Below, one piece after another: positions 48,552 through 62,097 of a stretch of DNA of 64,000 nt. How positions within the stretch are numbered: position 1 is the stretch's first letter; the number at the start of each line of letters is the position of its first letter. This DNA comes from Mustelus asterias (taxonomy: Eukaryota). Location: contig NW_027590119.1 in assembly GCF_964213995.1 (NCBI RefSeq), forward strand, positions 868,001 to 932,000, given 5' to 3'. A model generated the notes under the pieces. The model was not told where the DNA came from. It made no database searches and was given only the letters and a program-made list of their open reading frames with translations. The translations under genes were made by a program, and so were the position numbers.

Positions 48552-49665
48552 AGAAACATAGAAAAACTACAGCACAATACAGGCCTTTCAGCCCACAAAG
48601 TTGTGCCGAACATGTCCCTACCTTAGCGATTACTAGGCTTACCTATAACCCTCTATCTTACTAAGTTCCATGTACTTATCTAAAAGTCTCTTAAAAGACC
48701 CTATTGAATCCGCCTCCACCACCGTTGCTGGCAGCCCATTCCACGCACCCACCACCCTCAGTGAAAAACTTACCCCTGACATCTCTGTACCTACTCCCCA
48801 GCACCTTAAACCTGTGTCCTCTTGTGGCAACCATTTCAGCCCTGGGAAAAAGCCTCTGACTATCCACTCGATCAATACCTCTCAACATCTTATACACCTC
48901 TATCAGGTCACCCCTCATCCTTTGTCTCTCCAAGGAGAAAAGGCCGAGCTCACTCAACCTATCCTCATAAGACATGCTCCCCAACCCAGGCAACATCCTT
49001 GTAAATCTCCTCTGCACCCTTTCTATGGCTTCCACATCCTTCCTGTAATGAGGTGACCAGAACTGAGCACAGTACTCCAAGTGTGGTCTGACCAGGGTCC
49101 TATATAGCTGCAACATTATCTCACAACTCCTAAGCTCAATTCCTCGATTGATGAAGGCCAGTACACCATCCGCCTTCTTAACCACAGCCTCAACCTGCAC
49201 AGCTGCTTTGAGCTTCCTATGAACTCGGACCGCAAGATCCTTCTGATCTTCCTCTCTGCCAAGAGTCCTACCATTAACATTATATTCCGCCATCCTATTT
49301 GACCTGCCAAAATGAACCACCTCACAACTTATCTGGGTTGAACTCCATCTGCCACTTCTCTGCCCAGTCTTGCATCTTATCTATGTCTCGCTGCAACTTC
49401 TGACATCCCTCCACACTATCCACAACACCTCCAACCTTTGTGTCATCAGCAAACTTACCAACCCATCCCTCCACTTCCTCATCCAGGTCATTTATAAAAA
49501 TCACAAAGAGTAAGGGTCCCAGAACCGATCCCTGGGGCACTCCACTGGTGACTGACCTCCATGCAGAATATGACCCATCTATAACCACTCTTTGCCTTCT
49601 GTGGGCAAGCCAGTTCTGGATCCACAAAACAATGTCCCCTTGGATCCCATGCCCCCTCACTTTCT
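48552..49665 (-). mobile_element. CR1/HER1 LINE, 5'-truncated (RT C-terminal half plus 3'UTR)
   Basis: SGVPQGSVLGPLLFVIFINDLD...KFADDTK; RPHLEYCAQFWSPH; frameshifts. Confidence 0.95.
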
Positions 49666-50289
49666 CACTTTTAAGGGAAGAGATTTAACAATGATCTGTT
49701 CGTTATACTTGAAATCACTTTATTCTGGGTGTGAAACATTCTGGCGCCTAAATCCCGTTCATCTATAGGAAAGTCTAGCAGAACTGCACTGAGTCTCGAT
49801 TTCCTCATCTGCCTGAGTGGCTTTTCCAATTTCCTTATTATGATGAATGATTTTAAAAAGATGGTTTTGCACATTGTGCGCCATTTCCTCCAGTTCAGTT
49901 GAATTCTGTTCCTACATCTTATGGTCTTGACCTTCAACTTCTTCAACAAAAGTTGACTAGTTAACATTAAATTCTACAGAATATTTTCATTAAATGAGTT
50001 TAAGATAATTCATTGAAAAACTAACAATTTCTCATTAAATTGTACAAAACATTTTAATGGGTTTAAGTTACTTTTTAAAAGTTGGGAATTTTCCATATTA
50101 ATACTATCGAAAATTTACTTCTCAAAATGGTGAAAGTAGTTTCTAAAAAGGTGACCAATACTTGTCAAATTCTGTAGAAGAATTTCTGTTAAACATGTTG
50201 GTGGATTCTGTCCAATCGATTATAGAATGGAACCATTGGGTGTATTTCAGATTGATTGATTTCCCTGTCAAAACACTAATATCAACAAG

Positions 50290-50555
50290 AACAAAGAAAA
50301 TTACAGCATAGGAACAGGCCCTTCATCTCTCCAAGCCTGCACCGAACATGCTGACTGACTGAACTAAAACCCCCTACCCTTCCGGGGACCATATCCCTCT
50401 ATTCTCATCCTATTCATGTATTTGCCAGATGCCCCTTAAAAGTCACTATTGTATCTGCTTCCACTACTTCCACCGGCAGCAAGTTCCAGGCACTCACCAC
50501 CCTCTGTGTAAAAAAACTTGCCTCGAACATCTTCAAACCTTGCCCCTCACACCTG
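50290..50555 (-). mobile_element. CR1 LINE 3' tail
   Basis: Reverse complement of RGKFFYTEG..WNLL plus 3'UTR. Confidence 0.7.
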
Positions 50556-51367
50556 TCAAATATCTTCTCCTGGGAACTCTGATTTGGAGCTAAGCAGACT
50601 CAATTTTAATTTCAAGCATTTAAAATGGAAATTACCTGATGTTTAAGGGAAAGTACAAAGTTGATAATGCCTGGAATCAAACAGAAATGTTCGGTTTCTG
50701 TTTAAAGGTACTATGAGAATATTTGATGATTTATTTGACTCGAAAGATTCTCCAGAACTCCTGAAAGTGTAGTTTAAAGCAATCCATACATTTGGGTGTT
50801 TATGAGCATTTGAGTGAAAGGGAAGTCTAGATGAGATGAATGAGGTGGCAGTTTTCTCTTGGAGATATTTATTTCTTTGTCTATGAACAATTTGAGAGAA
50901 CTGACTTTCATAATCTGGCCACCACCTGACACAGGAGGAATTAAGCAATGATACTGAGATGAAGAACCCCTTTAATCTGACTTTTGACTTTCTTCTGAAG
51001 ATTCTGACAGAATTGTTGAATGGTGCATCCTTTATAAGACAGTGAAATCCAGGATGATGATTGGTAAAATACACAGCACAATCCCAAAAGACCTGATAAG
51101 CCTTCCACAAATGCAAGACAATGATTTGTGGGAGATGGCAGAGAGATTCCAACAAGCCTGACAAAAGAACACTGTCTGGTTTAAAATAGAATGAGAGACA
51201 ACATTTAACAGGGAGGGAAATGTATGAAGGTGGCTTATGAATGTGAGACTCCAACAGAGGATTAAAGATGGAATTGGAACAGTGATGTGAGATTACAGAG
51301 GTGGTTTGTAAATTGTGAATGAACTAACACCCAAGAGTACACTATGCAGCTGCACTGAAGAATGGAG

Positions 51368-51692
51368 TGTGGCATGGTGGCACAGTGGTTAGCATTGCTG
51401 CCTCACAGCGCCAAGGACCCGGGTTCAATTCCGGCCTCGGGTCACTCTCTGTGCGGAGTTTGCACATTTTCTCCATCTCTGTGTGGGTTTCCTCTGAATC
51501 CTCCAGTTTCCTCCCAAAGTCCAAAAATGTGTGGGTTAGTTTGATTGGCCATAGTAAATTGCCCCTTAGTGTCAGGGGGACTAGCTGGGTAAATACTTGG
51601 GGTTATGGGGATAGGGCCTGGATGGGATTGTGGTCTGTGCAGACTCGATGGGCCACATGGCTTCCTTCTGCACTGTAATGATTCTATGATTC
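51368..51692 (+). mobile_element. HE1-like SINE
   Basis: Full consensus. Confidence 0.85.
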
Positions 51693-51807
51693 AAATGGGA
51701 CTTGTTCAGCTACTTGACCAACAGCGCGACATAAAATGGTTAATATGGCCTGAAGAGTGAGAAATCATTTTGAAATGATCAAGGCACTGACACAGACTCC
51801 AGAGAAA

Positions 51808-52900
51808 CTGGATTGACGATTGGCTGTCAGACAGAAGGCAGAGAGTTGGGATAAAAGGTTCTTTCTCAGAATGGCAACCGGTGACAAGTGGTGTCCCGCA
51901 GGGTTCAGTGTTGGGACCACAGCTGTTCTCTTTATATATTAACGATCTAGATGACGGGACTGGGAGCATTCTGGCCAAGTTTGCCGATGATACAAAGATA
52001 GGTGGAGGGGCAGGTAGTATTGAGGAGGTGGGGAGGCTGCAGAAAGATTTAGACAGTTTAGGAGAGTGGTCCAAGAAGTGGCTGATGAAATTCAACGTGG
52101 GCAAGTGCGAGGTCGTACACTTTGGAAAAAAGAATAGAGGCATGGACTATTTTCTAAACGGTGACAAAATTCATAATGCTAAAGTGCAAAGGGACTTGGG
52201 AGTCCTAGTCCAGGATTCTCTAAAGGTAAACTTGCAGGTTGAGTCCGTAATTAAGAAAGCAAATGTAATGTTGTCATTTATCTCAAGAGGCTTGGAATAC
52301 AAAAGCAGGGATGTACTTCTGAGGCTTTATAAAGCACTGGTTAGGCCCCATTTGGAGTACTGTGAGCAATTTTGGGCCCCACACCTCAGGAAGGACATAC
52401 TGGCACTGGAGCGGGTCCAGCGGAGATTCACACGGATGATCCCAGGAATGGTAGGCCTGACATACGATGAACGTCTGAGGATCGTGGGATTATATTCATT
52501 GGAGTTTAGGAGGTTGAGGGGAGATCTAATAGAAACTTACAAGATAATGAACGGCTTAGATAGGATGGACGTAGGGAAGTTGTTTCCATTAACAGGGGAG
52601 ACTAGGACGCGGGGGCACAGCCTTAGAATAAAAGGGAGTCACTTTAGAACAGAGATGAGGAGAAATTTCTTCAGCCAGAGAGTGGTGGGTCTGTGGAATT
52701 CATTGCCACAGAGGGCTGTGGAGGCCGAGACGTTGAGCGTCTTCAAGACAGAAATTGATAAATTCTTGATTTCTCAAGGAATTAAGGGCTATGGGGAGAG
52801 AGCGGGTAAATTGAGTTGAAATCAACCATGATTGAATGGTGGAGTGGACTCGATGGGCCGAATGGCCTTACTTCCGCTCCTATGTCTTATGGTCTTATGG
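51808..52900 (+). mobile_element. CR1 LINE, 5'-truncated, open RT C-terminal ORF (51881-52819)
   Basis: SGVPQGSVLGP...KFADDTKIGG...RRLRGDLIE; (GTCTTATG)n tail. Confidence 0.95.
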
Positions 52901-54074
52901 TAAGAACGAATTAAATGGAATTTTCGATGAGGTCAAATGAAGGCGAGGGAGAAATTATACTTAATCAGAATTAATTACAAGATGGATACGGGTAAAGGGA
53001 CAGCTTGAGAATTTTTTCAGTCTATGAAATTTGTAAGGGAATTATATGTTATCACTGCTTTTATATCCGATTATACCACTTCAATTATATCTAAAAATTA
53101 GTTATGAGAAGAAGATTGTAAAGGGAAAGGAAATTGGCTACCTTGGACTAGGTCAATGAACAAAAGGGGGAAATGCCAGAGTGAATGAATAGATTGAGTA
53201 AAAGGGGTGATAGATGTAACACCCCTGCATTAGAGTAAAATCACATGTTAATCAAATGCTCAACATCAAGGTTCTAATATCAGCAAGGTTGTTTACTTGT
53301 TTGAGGAACAAAAAGTTTCTAGATTACAGACAAGCCTTGGGTGAAGTTTTAATAATAAACCTACATAGGAATTTTAGAACAATGTTTTGTGTTCTGACTA
53401 ACAGTACAGCATTGATATCTGTATTGCAGCTGAGAGCAGTGTTAGAATGCTCAGTGGGATTGGTGAATGAACTTGGGCTTTGCAGGTTGGACTCTAGATG
53501 TGAAGGTACTGAATTGATTTTGGGAAATCGCCTTTGGTTCAGGAATCTGAGGAAAATTCATATTTCAACAGGGGTGGTCGCCCAATTGAGGTGATGAAAG
53601 TCACTTGTGTAGTTCATCATTGTACCTTTTCTTAAAATAAACTTTCAAATCATTTGCTATTTCAGAGGCTTTTCTTGATAGTTAAGTCCCTTTCAAATTA
53701 ATGCAGTTAGAGGGTCAATTTGGAACTGAGTAACTAGGCACTTGCAACCATATCAAATTGAGTCTAAATATTATTAGCATGTCCTTTTAAAACTGACAGA
53801 AGAGCTCTAGAAAGTTCAAGAAAGATTCACAAGGATGTTAGCAGAGCTGAGTGTGTTTAAGTCAAAGGATATATTGAACAGGCTGGGGATAATTTCTCCA
53901 GGAAAGAGAAGGCTGACCTGATAGAGACTTTAATGGGTATGATAGGGTTGACATCATCAAGTCATCACTGTGATTTCAGGACAGAAATCCAGAACTGACA
54001 ATTCTTGTTGTCACAGAAAATCCTTCTTCATCTCAAACTATAAATCTCTGTCCCCACAGACTCCCTCCTTCCTA

Positions 54075-54248
54075 AAGTAAAGTTTATTTATTAGTCACAA
54101 GTAAGGCTTACATTAACACTGCAATGAAGTTACTGTGAAATTCTCCTAATCGCCACATTCCAGCGCCTGTTCGGGTCAATGCACCTAACCAGCACGTCTT
54201 TCAGACTGTGGGAGGAAACTGGAGCACCTGGAGGAAACTCATGCAGGC
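54075..54248 (-). mobile_element. SINE fragment, alternative-tail subfamily
   Basis: Matches 16318-16510. Confidence 0.7.
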
Positions 54249-54466
54249 CTATTGATACGATTGATTGTAACACTAATTCATCCTACAATCCTCCTCCTTC
54301 TTTTTCCCCAATTCTCCTCCCTGAAGGTGCTGACTCTCGGTTTCAGTTTCACACTCACCTATTACCCTCCCCAATACGTCACCCAGGTGTCTAAATCTTT
54401 CCACCTGAAGTTAACAAACTGCTTTGTAAAGGGGACACCCCAATCCAATCCAGCGACTCCCCACAT

Positions 54467-55932
54467 AGAACATAGAACATAGAACATTACAGCGCAGAAC
54501 AGGCCCTTCGGCCCACGATGTTGCACCGACCAGTTAAAAAAAAAACTGTGACCCTCCAACCTAAACCAATTTCTTTTCGTCCATGAACCTATCTACGGAT
54601 CTCTTAAACGCCCCCAAACTAGGCGCATTTACTACTGATGCTGGCAGGGCATTCCAATCCCTCACCACCCTCTGGGTAAAGAACCTACCCCTGACATCGG
54701 TTCTATAACTACCCCCCCTCAATTTAAAGCCATGCCCCCTCGTGCTGGATTTCTCCATCAGAGGAAAAAGGCTATCACTATCCACCCTATCTAAACCTCT
54801 AATCATCTTATATGTTTCAATAAGATCCCCTCTTAGCCGCCGCCTTTCCAGCGAAAACAATCCCAAATCCCTCAGCCTCTCCTCATAGGATCTCCCCTCC
54901 ATACCAGGCAACATCCTGGTAAACCTCCTCTGCACCCTCTCCAAAGCCTCCACATCCTTCCTGTAATGTGGGGACCAGAACTGCACACAGTACTCCAAGT
55001 GCGGCCGCACCAGAGTTGTGTACAGTTGCAACATAACGCTACGACTCCTAAATTCAATCCCCCTACCAATAAACGCCAAGACACCATATGCCTTCTTAAC
55101 AACCTTATCTACTTGATTTCCAACTTTCAGGGATCTATGCACACATACACCTAGATCCCTCTGCTCCTCCACACTATTCAAAGTCCTCCCGTTAGCCCTA
55201 TACTCAACACATCTGTTATTCCTACCAAAGTGAATTACCTCACACTTCTCCGCATTAAACTCCATCCGCCACCTCTCGGCCCAACTTTGCAACCTGTCTA
55301 AGTCTTCCTGCAAACTACGACACCCTTCCTCACTGTCTACCACACCACCGACTTTGGTGTCATCAGCAAATTTGCTAATCCACCCAACTATACCCTCATC
55401 CAGATCATTAATAAATATTACAAACAGCAGTGGCCCCAAAACAGATCCCTGAGGTACACCACTTGTAACCGCACTCCATGATGAATATTTACTATCAACC
55501 ACCACCCTCTGTTTCCTATCCGCTAGCCAATTCCTGATCCAATTTCCTAGATCACCCCCAATCCCATACATCTGCATTTTCTGCAGAAGCCTACCATGGT
55601 GAACCTTATCAAACGCCTTACTAAAATCCATATATACCACGTCCACTGCCTTGCCCCCATCCACCTCCTTGGTCACTTTCTCAAAAAACTCAATAAGGTT
55701 AGTAAGGCACGACCTACCTGCCACAAAACCATGCTGACTATCACCTATCAATTCATTACTCTCCAAATAACTATAAATCCTATCCCTTATAATTTTTTCC
55801 AACATCTTGCCGACAACAGAAGTGAGACTCACCGGTCTATAATTCCCGGGGAAGTCTCTGTTCCCCTTCTTAAACAATGGGACAACATTCGCTAACCTCC
55901 AATCTTCTGGTACTATACCAGAGGCCAACGAC
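54467..55932 (-). mobile_element. Young CR1 LINE, 5'-truncated, with an uninterrupted 457-codon RT ORF
   Basis: NYRPVSLTS, DFSKAFD, GVPQGSVLGP, FADD motifs; (TTCTATG)n tail. Confidence 0.97.
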
Positions 55933-55959
55933 ATGTACTTTGTGTCAGGGTGGGGTCAC

Positions 55960-56290
55960 TGCGCCCCCCACTCCCACTTTCCATCACAGTCCCAGGAGTT
56001 TAGAGACTGGGATCCGCATGAGTAATGGCGGCCGCAGCTCCCACAATCGCCCACGATGGAGAAACCACTCTATCCAGCATACGGGCGGGCCGTATGAGAC
56101 TGCGCATGTCCAGAGGAGAGGGGCAGCTGCGCATGTGCAACGAGAGCTCACCCCCTGACCTTCATGCTGAGGTGTTGACCAATGGAAAGGGTTGGAGGAC
56201 CGGAAGGACTCTGGTCCTCCAGCAATCAGAGGCGGGCTTTGTGTGAATGAAATGGAGATGCAGTCAGACAAAATCTTCCTTCTGTCTCTA
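55960..56290 (+). promoter_or_regulatory. CpG promoter of gene 9
   Basis: AATGGCGGC, TGCGCATG x2, CCAAT, palindrome at 56193-56221; homologous to 23750-24010. Confidence 0.7.
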
Positions 56291-57048
56291 ATATCTATGA
56301 GTAAAACACTTTCTTTTCTCATTCTGGGGAAAATTGGGGACTTGCAGCAACTGAAGGCAAAGGAAGTGAATCCAGTCTGTATATTCCACACATTGTTAGT
56401 CCAGTCAGATAGACATATATCTGTCTGGCAGCCTGCATGGAGATTTCCAGCTCTCTGTGTCCAGGACAGGAAGCAGTGAGCGTGGATCTGTCAATCAGCC
56501 TCAATCAGCACCTTCAGGAGAATTGGGAGGGTGAATATTAGATACAGCAGAGTGAGAATGGAGGGAGAGTGTGTGGGATGGAGATTCATGACTTTTGGGG
56601 AATAAGAGAGGAAAGAATGTTCCATAGAAACTAGAATTGTCTGTTCTGAATTTCTATCCTGTAATGATACTGATGATTTTTATAAACGTCTTTTACAGAA
56701 TATCAAAAGGTGAAGATTTATAGACAGAAATCTCAAACCAAACGTCACATCAATATCTGACAGAGTCACTCAATTCATCAAGTCCTGAACATCATCAGCC
56801 TTTGTATCTAGAAGGAGAAACATTTCTCTGTTCTTTTTGCTTCTGGAGATTTTAAACATCAGCGTGACTGAGAATTTACCAAGTTTCACGCACACACCTG
56901 AGTGAGAGTGTTCCAGTGCACTGACTGTCGAAAGAGCTTTAACCAGTGAAAAAAACATTGCGGCATTCACAGCGGGGAGAGACTGTACCCATGTTCTGTG
57001 TGAGATTCAACATTGTTTAACCTGGAGAGTCACAAGGACACCCGCACC

Positions 57049-58143
57049 ATGGAGAAACCGTGGAAATGTGGGGATTGTGGGAAAAGATTCAGGTTCCCAT
57101 CTCAGCTGGAAACTCATCGACGCAGTCACACTGGGGAGCGGCCGTTCACCTGCTCTGTGTGTGGGAAGGGATTCTCTGATTCATCCAACCTGCAGACACA
57201 CCAGCGAGTTCACACAGGGGAGAGACCATTCCCCTGTTCTGATTGTGGTACCGGATTTACTCAATTATGCCATCTGCAGTCACACCAGCAAATTCACACT
57301 GTGGAGAGACCATTTACCTGTCCTGTGTGTGGGAAAGGATTCTCTCACTGTCCCCATCTGCAGACACACCAGCGAGTACATTCCGGGGAGAGGCCGTTCA
57401 ACTGTCCTGTGTGTGGGGAAGGATTCACTTGGTTATCCAGCATGCGCAGACACAAAGTCAGTCACACCAATGAGAGACCCTATAAATGCTCTGACTGTGG
57501 AAGAGATTTTAAAAGTTCTCAGGTTCTGATGTCCCACCAGCGCATTCACACTGAGGACAGACCGTTCAGCTGCTCTCACTGCTCAAAGAGGTTCAGAAAG
57601 TCATCCAACCTGCGGGTACACCAGCAGGTTCACATCAGGGAGTGGCCATTTACATGCTCTGAGTGTGGGAAAGGATTCAGTACATCATCCCAACTGCTGA
57701 CACACCAGCGAGTTCACACCGGGGAGAGACCATTCACCTGCTCTGAATGTGGGAAGGGATTCACTCAGTTGCCCAATCTCCAGAGACACAAAGTCAGTCA
57801 CACCAATGAGAGACCCTTTAAATGCTCTGACTGTGGGAGCGGCTTCAGAAGCTCTCAAGATCTGATGTCCCACCTGCGCATTCACACTGAGGAGAGACCG
57901 TTCAGCTGCTCTCACTGCTCAAAGAGATTTAGAACATCATCCTATCTGCTGACACACCAACGAGTTCACACTGGGGAGAAACCATTCACTTGCTCTGACT
58001 GTGGGAAGGGATTCACTCAGTTAACCAATCTGCGGACACACCAGCGAGTTCACACTGGGGAGAGGCCATACAACTGTTCTCAGTGCGGGAAGGGATTCAC
58101 TCAGTCATCCCATCTGCTGAGACACCAGCGAGTTCACAAGTGA
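57049..58143 (+). CDS. C2H2 zinc-finger protein (gene 9), 13 fingers, 364 aa
   Basis: Intact ORF from Kozak ATG 57049 to HQRVHK*. Confidence 0.93.
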   Translation: MEKPWKCGDCGKRFRFPSQLETHRRSHTGERPFTCSVCGKGFSDSSNLQTHQRVHTGERPFPCSDCGTGFTQLCHLQSHQQIHTVERPFTCPVCGKGFSHCPHLQTHQRVHSGERPFNCPVCGEGFTWLSSMRRHKVSHTNERPYKCSDCGRDFKSSQVLMSHQRIHTEDRPFSCSHCSKRFRKSSNLRVHQQVHIREWPFTCSECGKGFSTSSQLLTHQRVHTGERPFTCSECGKGFTQLPNLQRHKVSHTNERPFKCSDCGSGFRSSQDLMSHLRIHTEERPFSCSHCSKRFRTSSYLLTHQRVHTGEKPFTCSDCGKGFTQLTNLRTHQRVHTGERPYNCSQCGKGFTQSSHLLRHQRVHK

Positions 58144-58199
58144 TCACAGGGGTTGGATGCTGCTGTTAATCACATCCAGGACTGGGTAAGATTGGGGGT

Positions 58200-58390
58200 G
58201 AGTTAATAGGTTGTGATGAACAAAGCATCGTAGCTGTGAGGGACAGCTCGGTGGATAGGATATTGGTATGTAGATAGGCTGGAAAATTGGGCGGGGATCC
58301 TGGCCTCAGGATTCAATCCTGGACCGGGGAGCGGCGCGGGCTTGGAGGGCCGAAGGGCCTGTTCCTGTGCTGTATTGTTCTTTGTTCTTT
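58200..58390 (+). mobile_element. CR1-type 3'UTR/tail
   Basis: GGGCCGAAGGGCCTGTTCCTGTGCTGTA..(GTTCTTT)n. Confidence 0.65.
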
Positions 58391-58574
58391 GTTCCTCTCT
58401 CCCTTGGACATGCGCAGCCCCGGGGCATGGGGGAGTGGACAGATTCAATCTTCCTCCTCTCTCCAACAGTGTTGTGTGTGTGTAGCAGCATTGAATTTGC
58501 TGCTGCAAATCATCAACATTTCTTTGCATGTGAAAGCACTGGTTGAAAGAACTGAGCAGTTTTCTCTCCCTTGA

Positions 58575-58646
58575 GTATTGGTGGTTCAGTGGTAGAATTC
58601 TCGCCTGCCCCGCGGGAGGCCTGGGTTCGTATTCCTGGCCAATGCA
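58575..58646 (+). tRNA. tRNA-Gly-GCC: tRNA-Gly(GCC)-like, probable pseudogene
   Basis: GTATTGGTGGTTCAGTGGTAGAATTCTCGCCTGCCCCGCGGGAGGCCTGGGTTCGTATTCCTGGCCAATGCA; canonical sequence with A37>C and a 1-nt T-loop insertion. Confidence 0.88.
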
Positions 58647-59432
58647 AAGCCTTAAAAGAGGCCAACATCTTTTCCTCCCCTTTCCATTTCTTTTCTCATT
58701 CTGGGGGAAATTGGGAACTTGCAGCAACTGAAGGGAAAGGAAGTGAATCCAGTCTGTACATTCCACACATTGTTAGCCCAGTCAGATAGACATATATCTG
58801 TCTGGCAGCCTGCATGGAGATTTTCAGCTCTCTGTGTCCAGGAGAGGAAGCAGTGAGCATGGATCTGTCAATCAGCCTCAATCAGCACCTTCAGGAGAAT
58901 TGGGAGGGTGAATATTAGATACAGCAGAGTGAGAATGGAGGGAGAGTGTGTGGGATGGAGATTTACAGCTTTTCGGGAATGAGAGAGGAAAGAATGTTCC
59001 ATAGAAACTAGAATAGTCTGTTCTGAATTTCTATCCTGTGCTGACATTGATGAATTTTTCAAACTCGTTTACAGGATATGAGAAGGTGAGGATTGACAGA
59101 CCAAAATCTTGAAACAAACATCACATCAGCATCTGACACCCTCACTCAATTCATCGGACCTGAATATTATCGGCCTTTGAATCTAGAAGGAGAAATGTTT
59201 CTCTGTTCCGTCTGCGAAAACAGGTCTTTAATATCAATGTGACTGGAAAAGCAGCAAGATACAGATACTCCCGAGTGAGAGTGTTCCAGTGCACTGAGTG
59301 TGGAAAGAGCTTTAACCAGTTACACAGCCTGAAAGTACATCGCAGCATTCACAGCAGGGAGAGACTGTACCCGTGTTCTGTGTGAGATTTAACTGATTGT
59401 TTAACCTGGAGAGTCACAAGGACACCTGCACC

Positions 59433-60158
59433 ATGGAGAAACCATGGAAATGTGGGGACTGTGGGAAGAGATACAGAGCCCCCTGTAAACTGGAAATTCA
59501 TCGACGCAGTCACACCGGGGAGAGGCCATTCACCTGCTCTGTGTGTGGGAAAGGATTTACGCAGTTATCTAACCTGTCAAAACACAAAGTCACTCACAGC
59601 CAGGAGAGACCCTTTAAATGCTCTGACTGTGGGAGTGGTTTCAAAAGCTCTCGGGAACTGATTATCCACCAGCGCATTCACACTGGGGAGAGACCATTCA
59701 GCTGCTCTCACTGCGCAAAGACATTTAGAGCATCATCCCACCTGCGGATACACCAGCGAGTTCACACTGGGGAGAGACCGTTCACCTGCTCTGTGTGTGG
59801 GAAGGGATTCACTCAGTCATCCAGCCTGCAGAACCACAATCTCACTCACACCAATGAGAGACCGTTTAAATGCTCTGACTGTGGGCGTGATTTCAAAAGC
59901 TCTCGGGAACTGATGCTTCACCAGCGCACTCACACTGGGGAGAGACCGTTCAGCTGCTCTCACTGCTCAAAGAGATTTAGAACATCATCCCACCTGCGGA
60001 TACACCAGCGAGTTCACACTGGGGAGAGACCATTCACTTGCTGTGTGTGTGGGAAGGGATTCACTCAGTCACCAGCCTGCGGGCACACCAGCAAGTTCAC
60101 AAGTGATGACAGGTTGGATTCTGCTGTTATTCCTGCCATTAATCACATCCAGGACTGA
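59433..60158 (+). CDS. C2H2 zinc-finger protein (gene 10): 7 fingers plus a frameshifted eighth
   Basis: MEKPWKC at 59433; 1-nt deletion at ~60071 (TCA-CC vs TCATCC) shifts the last finger. Confidence 0.82.
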   Translation: MEKPWKCGDCGKRYRAPCKLEIHRRSHTGERPFTCSVCGKGFTQLSNLSKHKVTHSQERPFKCSDCGSGFKSSRELIIHQRIHTGERPFSCSHCAKTFRASSHLRIHQRVHTGERPFTCSVCGKGFTQSSSLQNHNLTHTNERPFKCSDCGRDFKSSRELMLHQRTHTGERPFSCSHCSKRFRTSSHLRIHQRVHTGERPFTCCVCGKGFTQSPACGHTSKFTSDDRLDSAVIPAINHIQD

Positions 60159-60514
60159 ACCATGTTTATTCTTATAGTTGGTGAAGTGGAAGGGTAGGAG
60201 AGATTCTTTCTGCTGGACTGGCCGATCGCACGACTTTGCTTCCAGTGGGCTAATGCTCTTTGAGCCTGGGAGAGCACATTGCCACTGAAATGATCCACAA
60301 AAGCTGATGAAGGACATTTATTTTATCCTGGATAGTAAATAGTGTTTTTCCCCCCACTACAGGTAGATCTGAAATAAATACAGAAAGGACTGGAAAAACG
60401 CAGCAGGTCTGGCAGCATCTCTGGAGAGAGAAACAGAGTTAACATTTCACACTACTGGATTGGGAATCAATCTAGTAAATCTCCTCTGAACTGCTTCCAT
60501 GGTATTTATAAAAT

Positions 60515-60835
60515 GGGGCAGCACGGCAGCACAGTGGTTAGCACTGCTGCATCATAACACCAGGGACCCAGGTTCAATTCCAGCCTGGGTCACTGTCTGT
60601 GTGGAGTTTGCACGTTCTCCCCATGTCTGTGTGGGTTTCAGCCGGGTGCTCCTGTTTCCTCCCACAGTCCAAAGATGTGCGGGTTAGGTGGATTGGCCAT
60701 GATAAATTGACCCTTGTGTCAGGGGGATTAGCAGGGTAAATGTGTGGGGTTATGGGAATAGGGCCTGGGTGGGATGCTGTTTGGTACAGACTCGATGGGC
60801 AGAATGGCCTCTGTCTGTACTGCAGGGATCCTACG
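60515..60835 (+). mobile_element. HE1-like SINE
   Basis: Duplicate of 14958-15268. Confidence 0.85.
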
Positions 60836-61414
60836 ATCCTTTGTTTAATTGGAGACAAAACTGCACCCAGTGTTCAAGATGCAGTCTCAGCAACGCCCTG
60901 TATAACTGAAGCAGAACATCTTTACTTCAATGTTCAATTTCTCTCAGAATAAAGGATAGCATTCCATTTGTGAGAATGGTGATTTATTTGAACTAAGACT
61001 TATGAGGTTCTCTTGTTTACAATAACTCCATAACTGTAAATCACACCAGGTTCCAGTGACTTAACCATGTGGCTCGAAAGAATACTTTAAATGGTGAATT
61101 CAGGAAGTTTATTAACCATTAAAAATGTAACAAGTCAGAAAGATAAAAAAGGAAAGTATCGATTAACAGTAAAAGGAGAAAGCTCAGCTTTAACAATTGA
61201 ATGTATGAACTTATGAAATGTTATGGGGAGAAGCAGGAACTAGGGATGAGGAGCATATCAACCATGATCGAATGATTCGATGGGCCGAATGGCCTAATTC
61301 TGCTCCAAGATCTTATGAACAGATTTCTCTCTATCCTTTTCAGACCAGGACATGAAGTGATGGCTCCGAAAACATGGATAACTTGTAAAATCAACAGCTC
61401 CCAACACCTCTCTG

Positions 61415-61870
61415 TAGGGCACAGTGGTTTGCACTGCTGCCTCACAGCGCCAGGGACCTGGGTTCGACTCCCGGCTTGGGTCACAGTATGCACATTCTCC
61501 CCGTGTCTGCGTGGGTTTCCTTCGGGTGCTCCGGTTTCCTCCCACAGTCCGAAAGACATGCTGGTTTTCAGAGTAACTTCAATGCAGTGTTAATGTAAGC
61601 CGACTTGTGACACTAATAAATGAAGTTCCTGGGAAAATCTCCCAGTCACCGCACTCTGGCATCTGTTCGGGTAACACTGAGGGAGAATTTAGCATGGTCA
61701 ATGCACCTAACCAGCACATCTTTCGGACTGTGGGAGGAAACCAGAGCACCCGGAAGAAAACCAGGCAGACACAGGAACAACGTGCAAAGTCCACAGAGTC
61801 ACCCAAGCCGGGAATCAAACCCAGGTCTCTGGTGCTGTGAGGCAGCAGTGCTAACCAGTGTGCCACCAGG
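61415..61870. mobile_element. Two tail-to-tail alternative-tail SINEs
   Basis: + copy at 61415-61620 and - copy at 61620-61870; correspond to 15728-15990 and 16318-16620. Confidence 0.75.
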
Positions 61871-62097
61871 CCATCCTAACAAGTCTTGTCATGTTTTTTC
61901 TATTCTGTTGGCATCAGAAGGCAATATCTTATAATTCCCGCAGCATTTTAACCATTCTTATGTTTATAATTCTAAAAGTTAAAAACTTTTGTGTTCAAAT
62001 TTACATTTCCGTCCTAACAACTGTATTAATGAATCATTTATTCTTTAATTGTCTCTCAATTCAGGCTGTCCATTTAACTAATCTCCTGCTTTACAAT

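Noticed and set aside
54561-55934. 457-aa reverse transcriptase as a domesticated host gene
   Set aside because: 5'-truncated CR1 with the typical 3'UTR and microsatellite tail; the open frame simply reflects a young insertion
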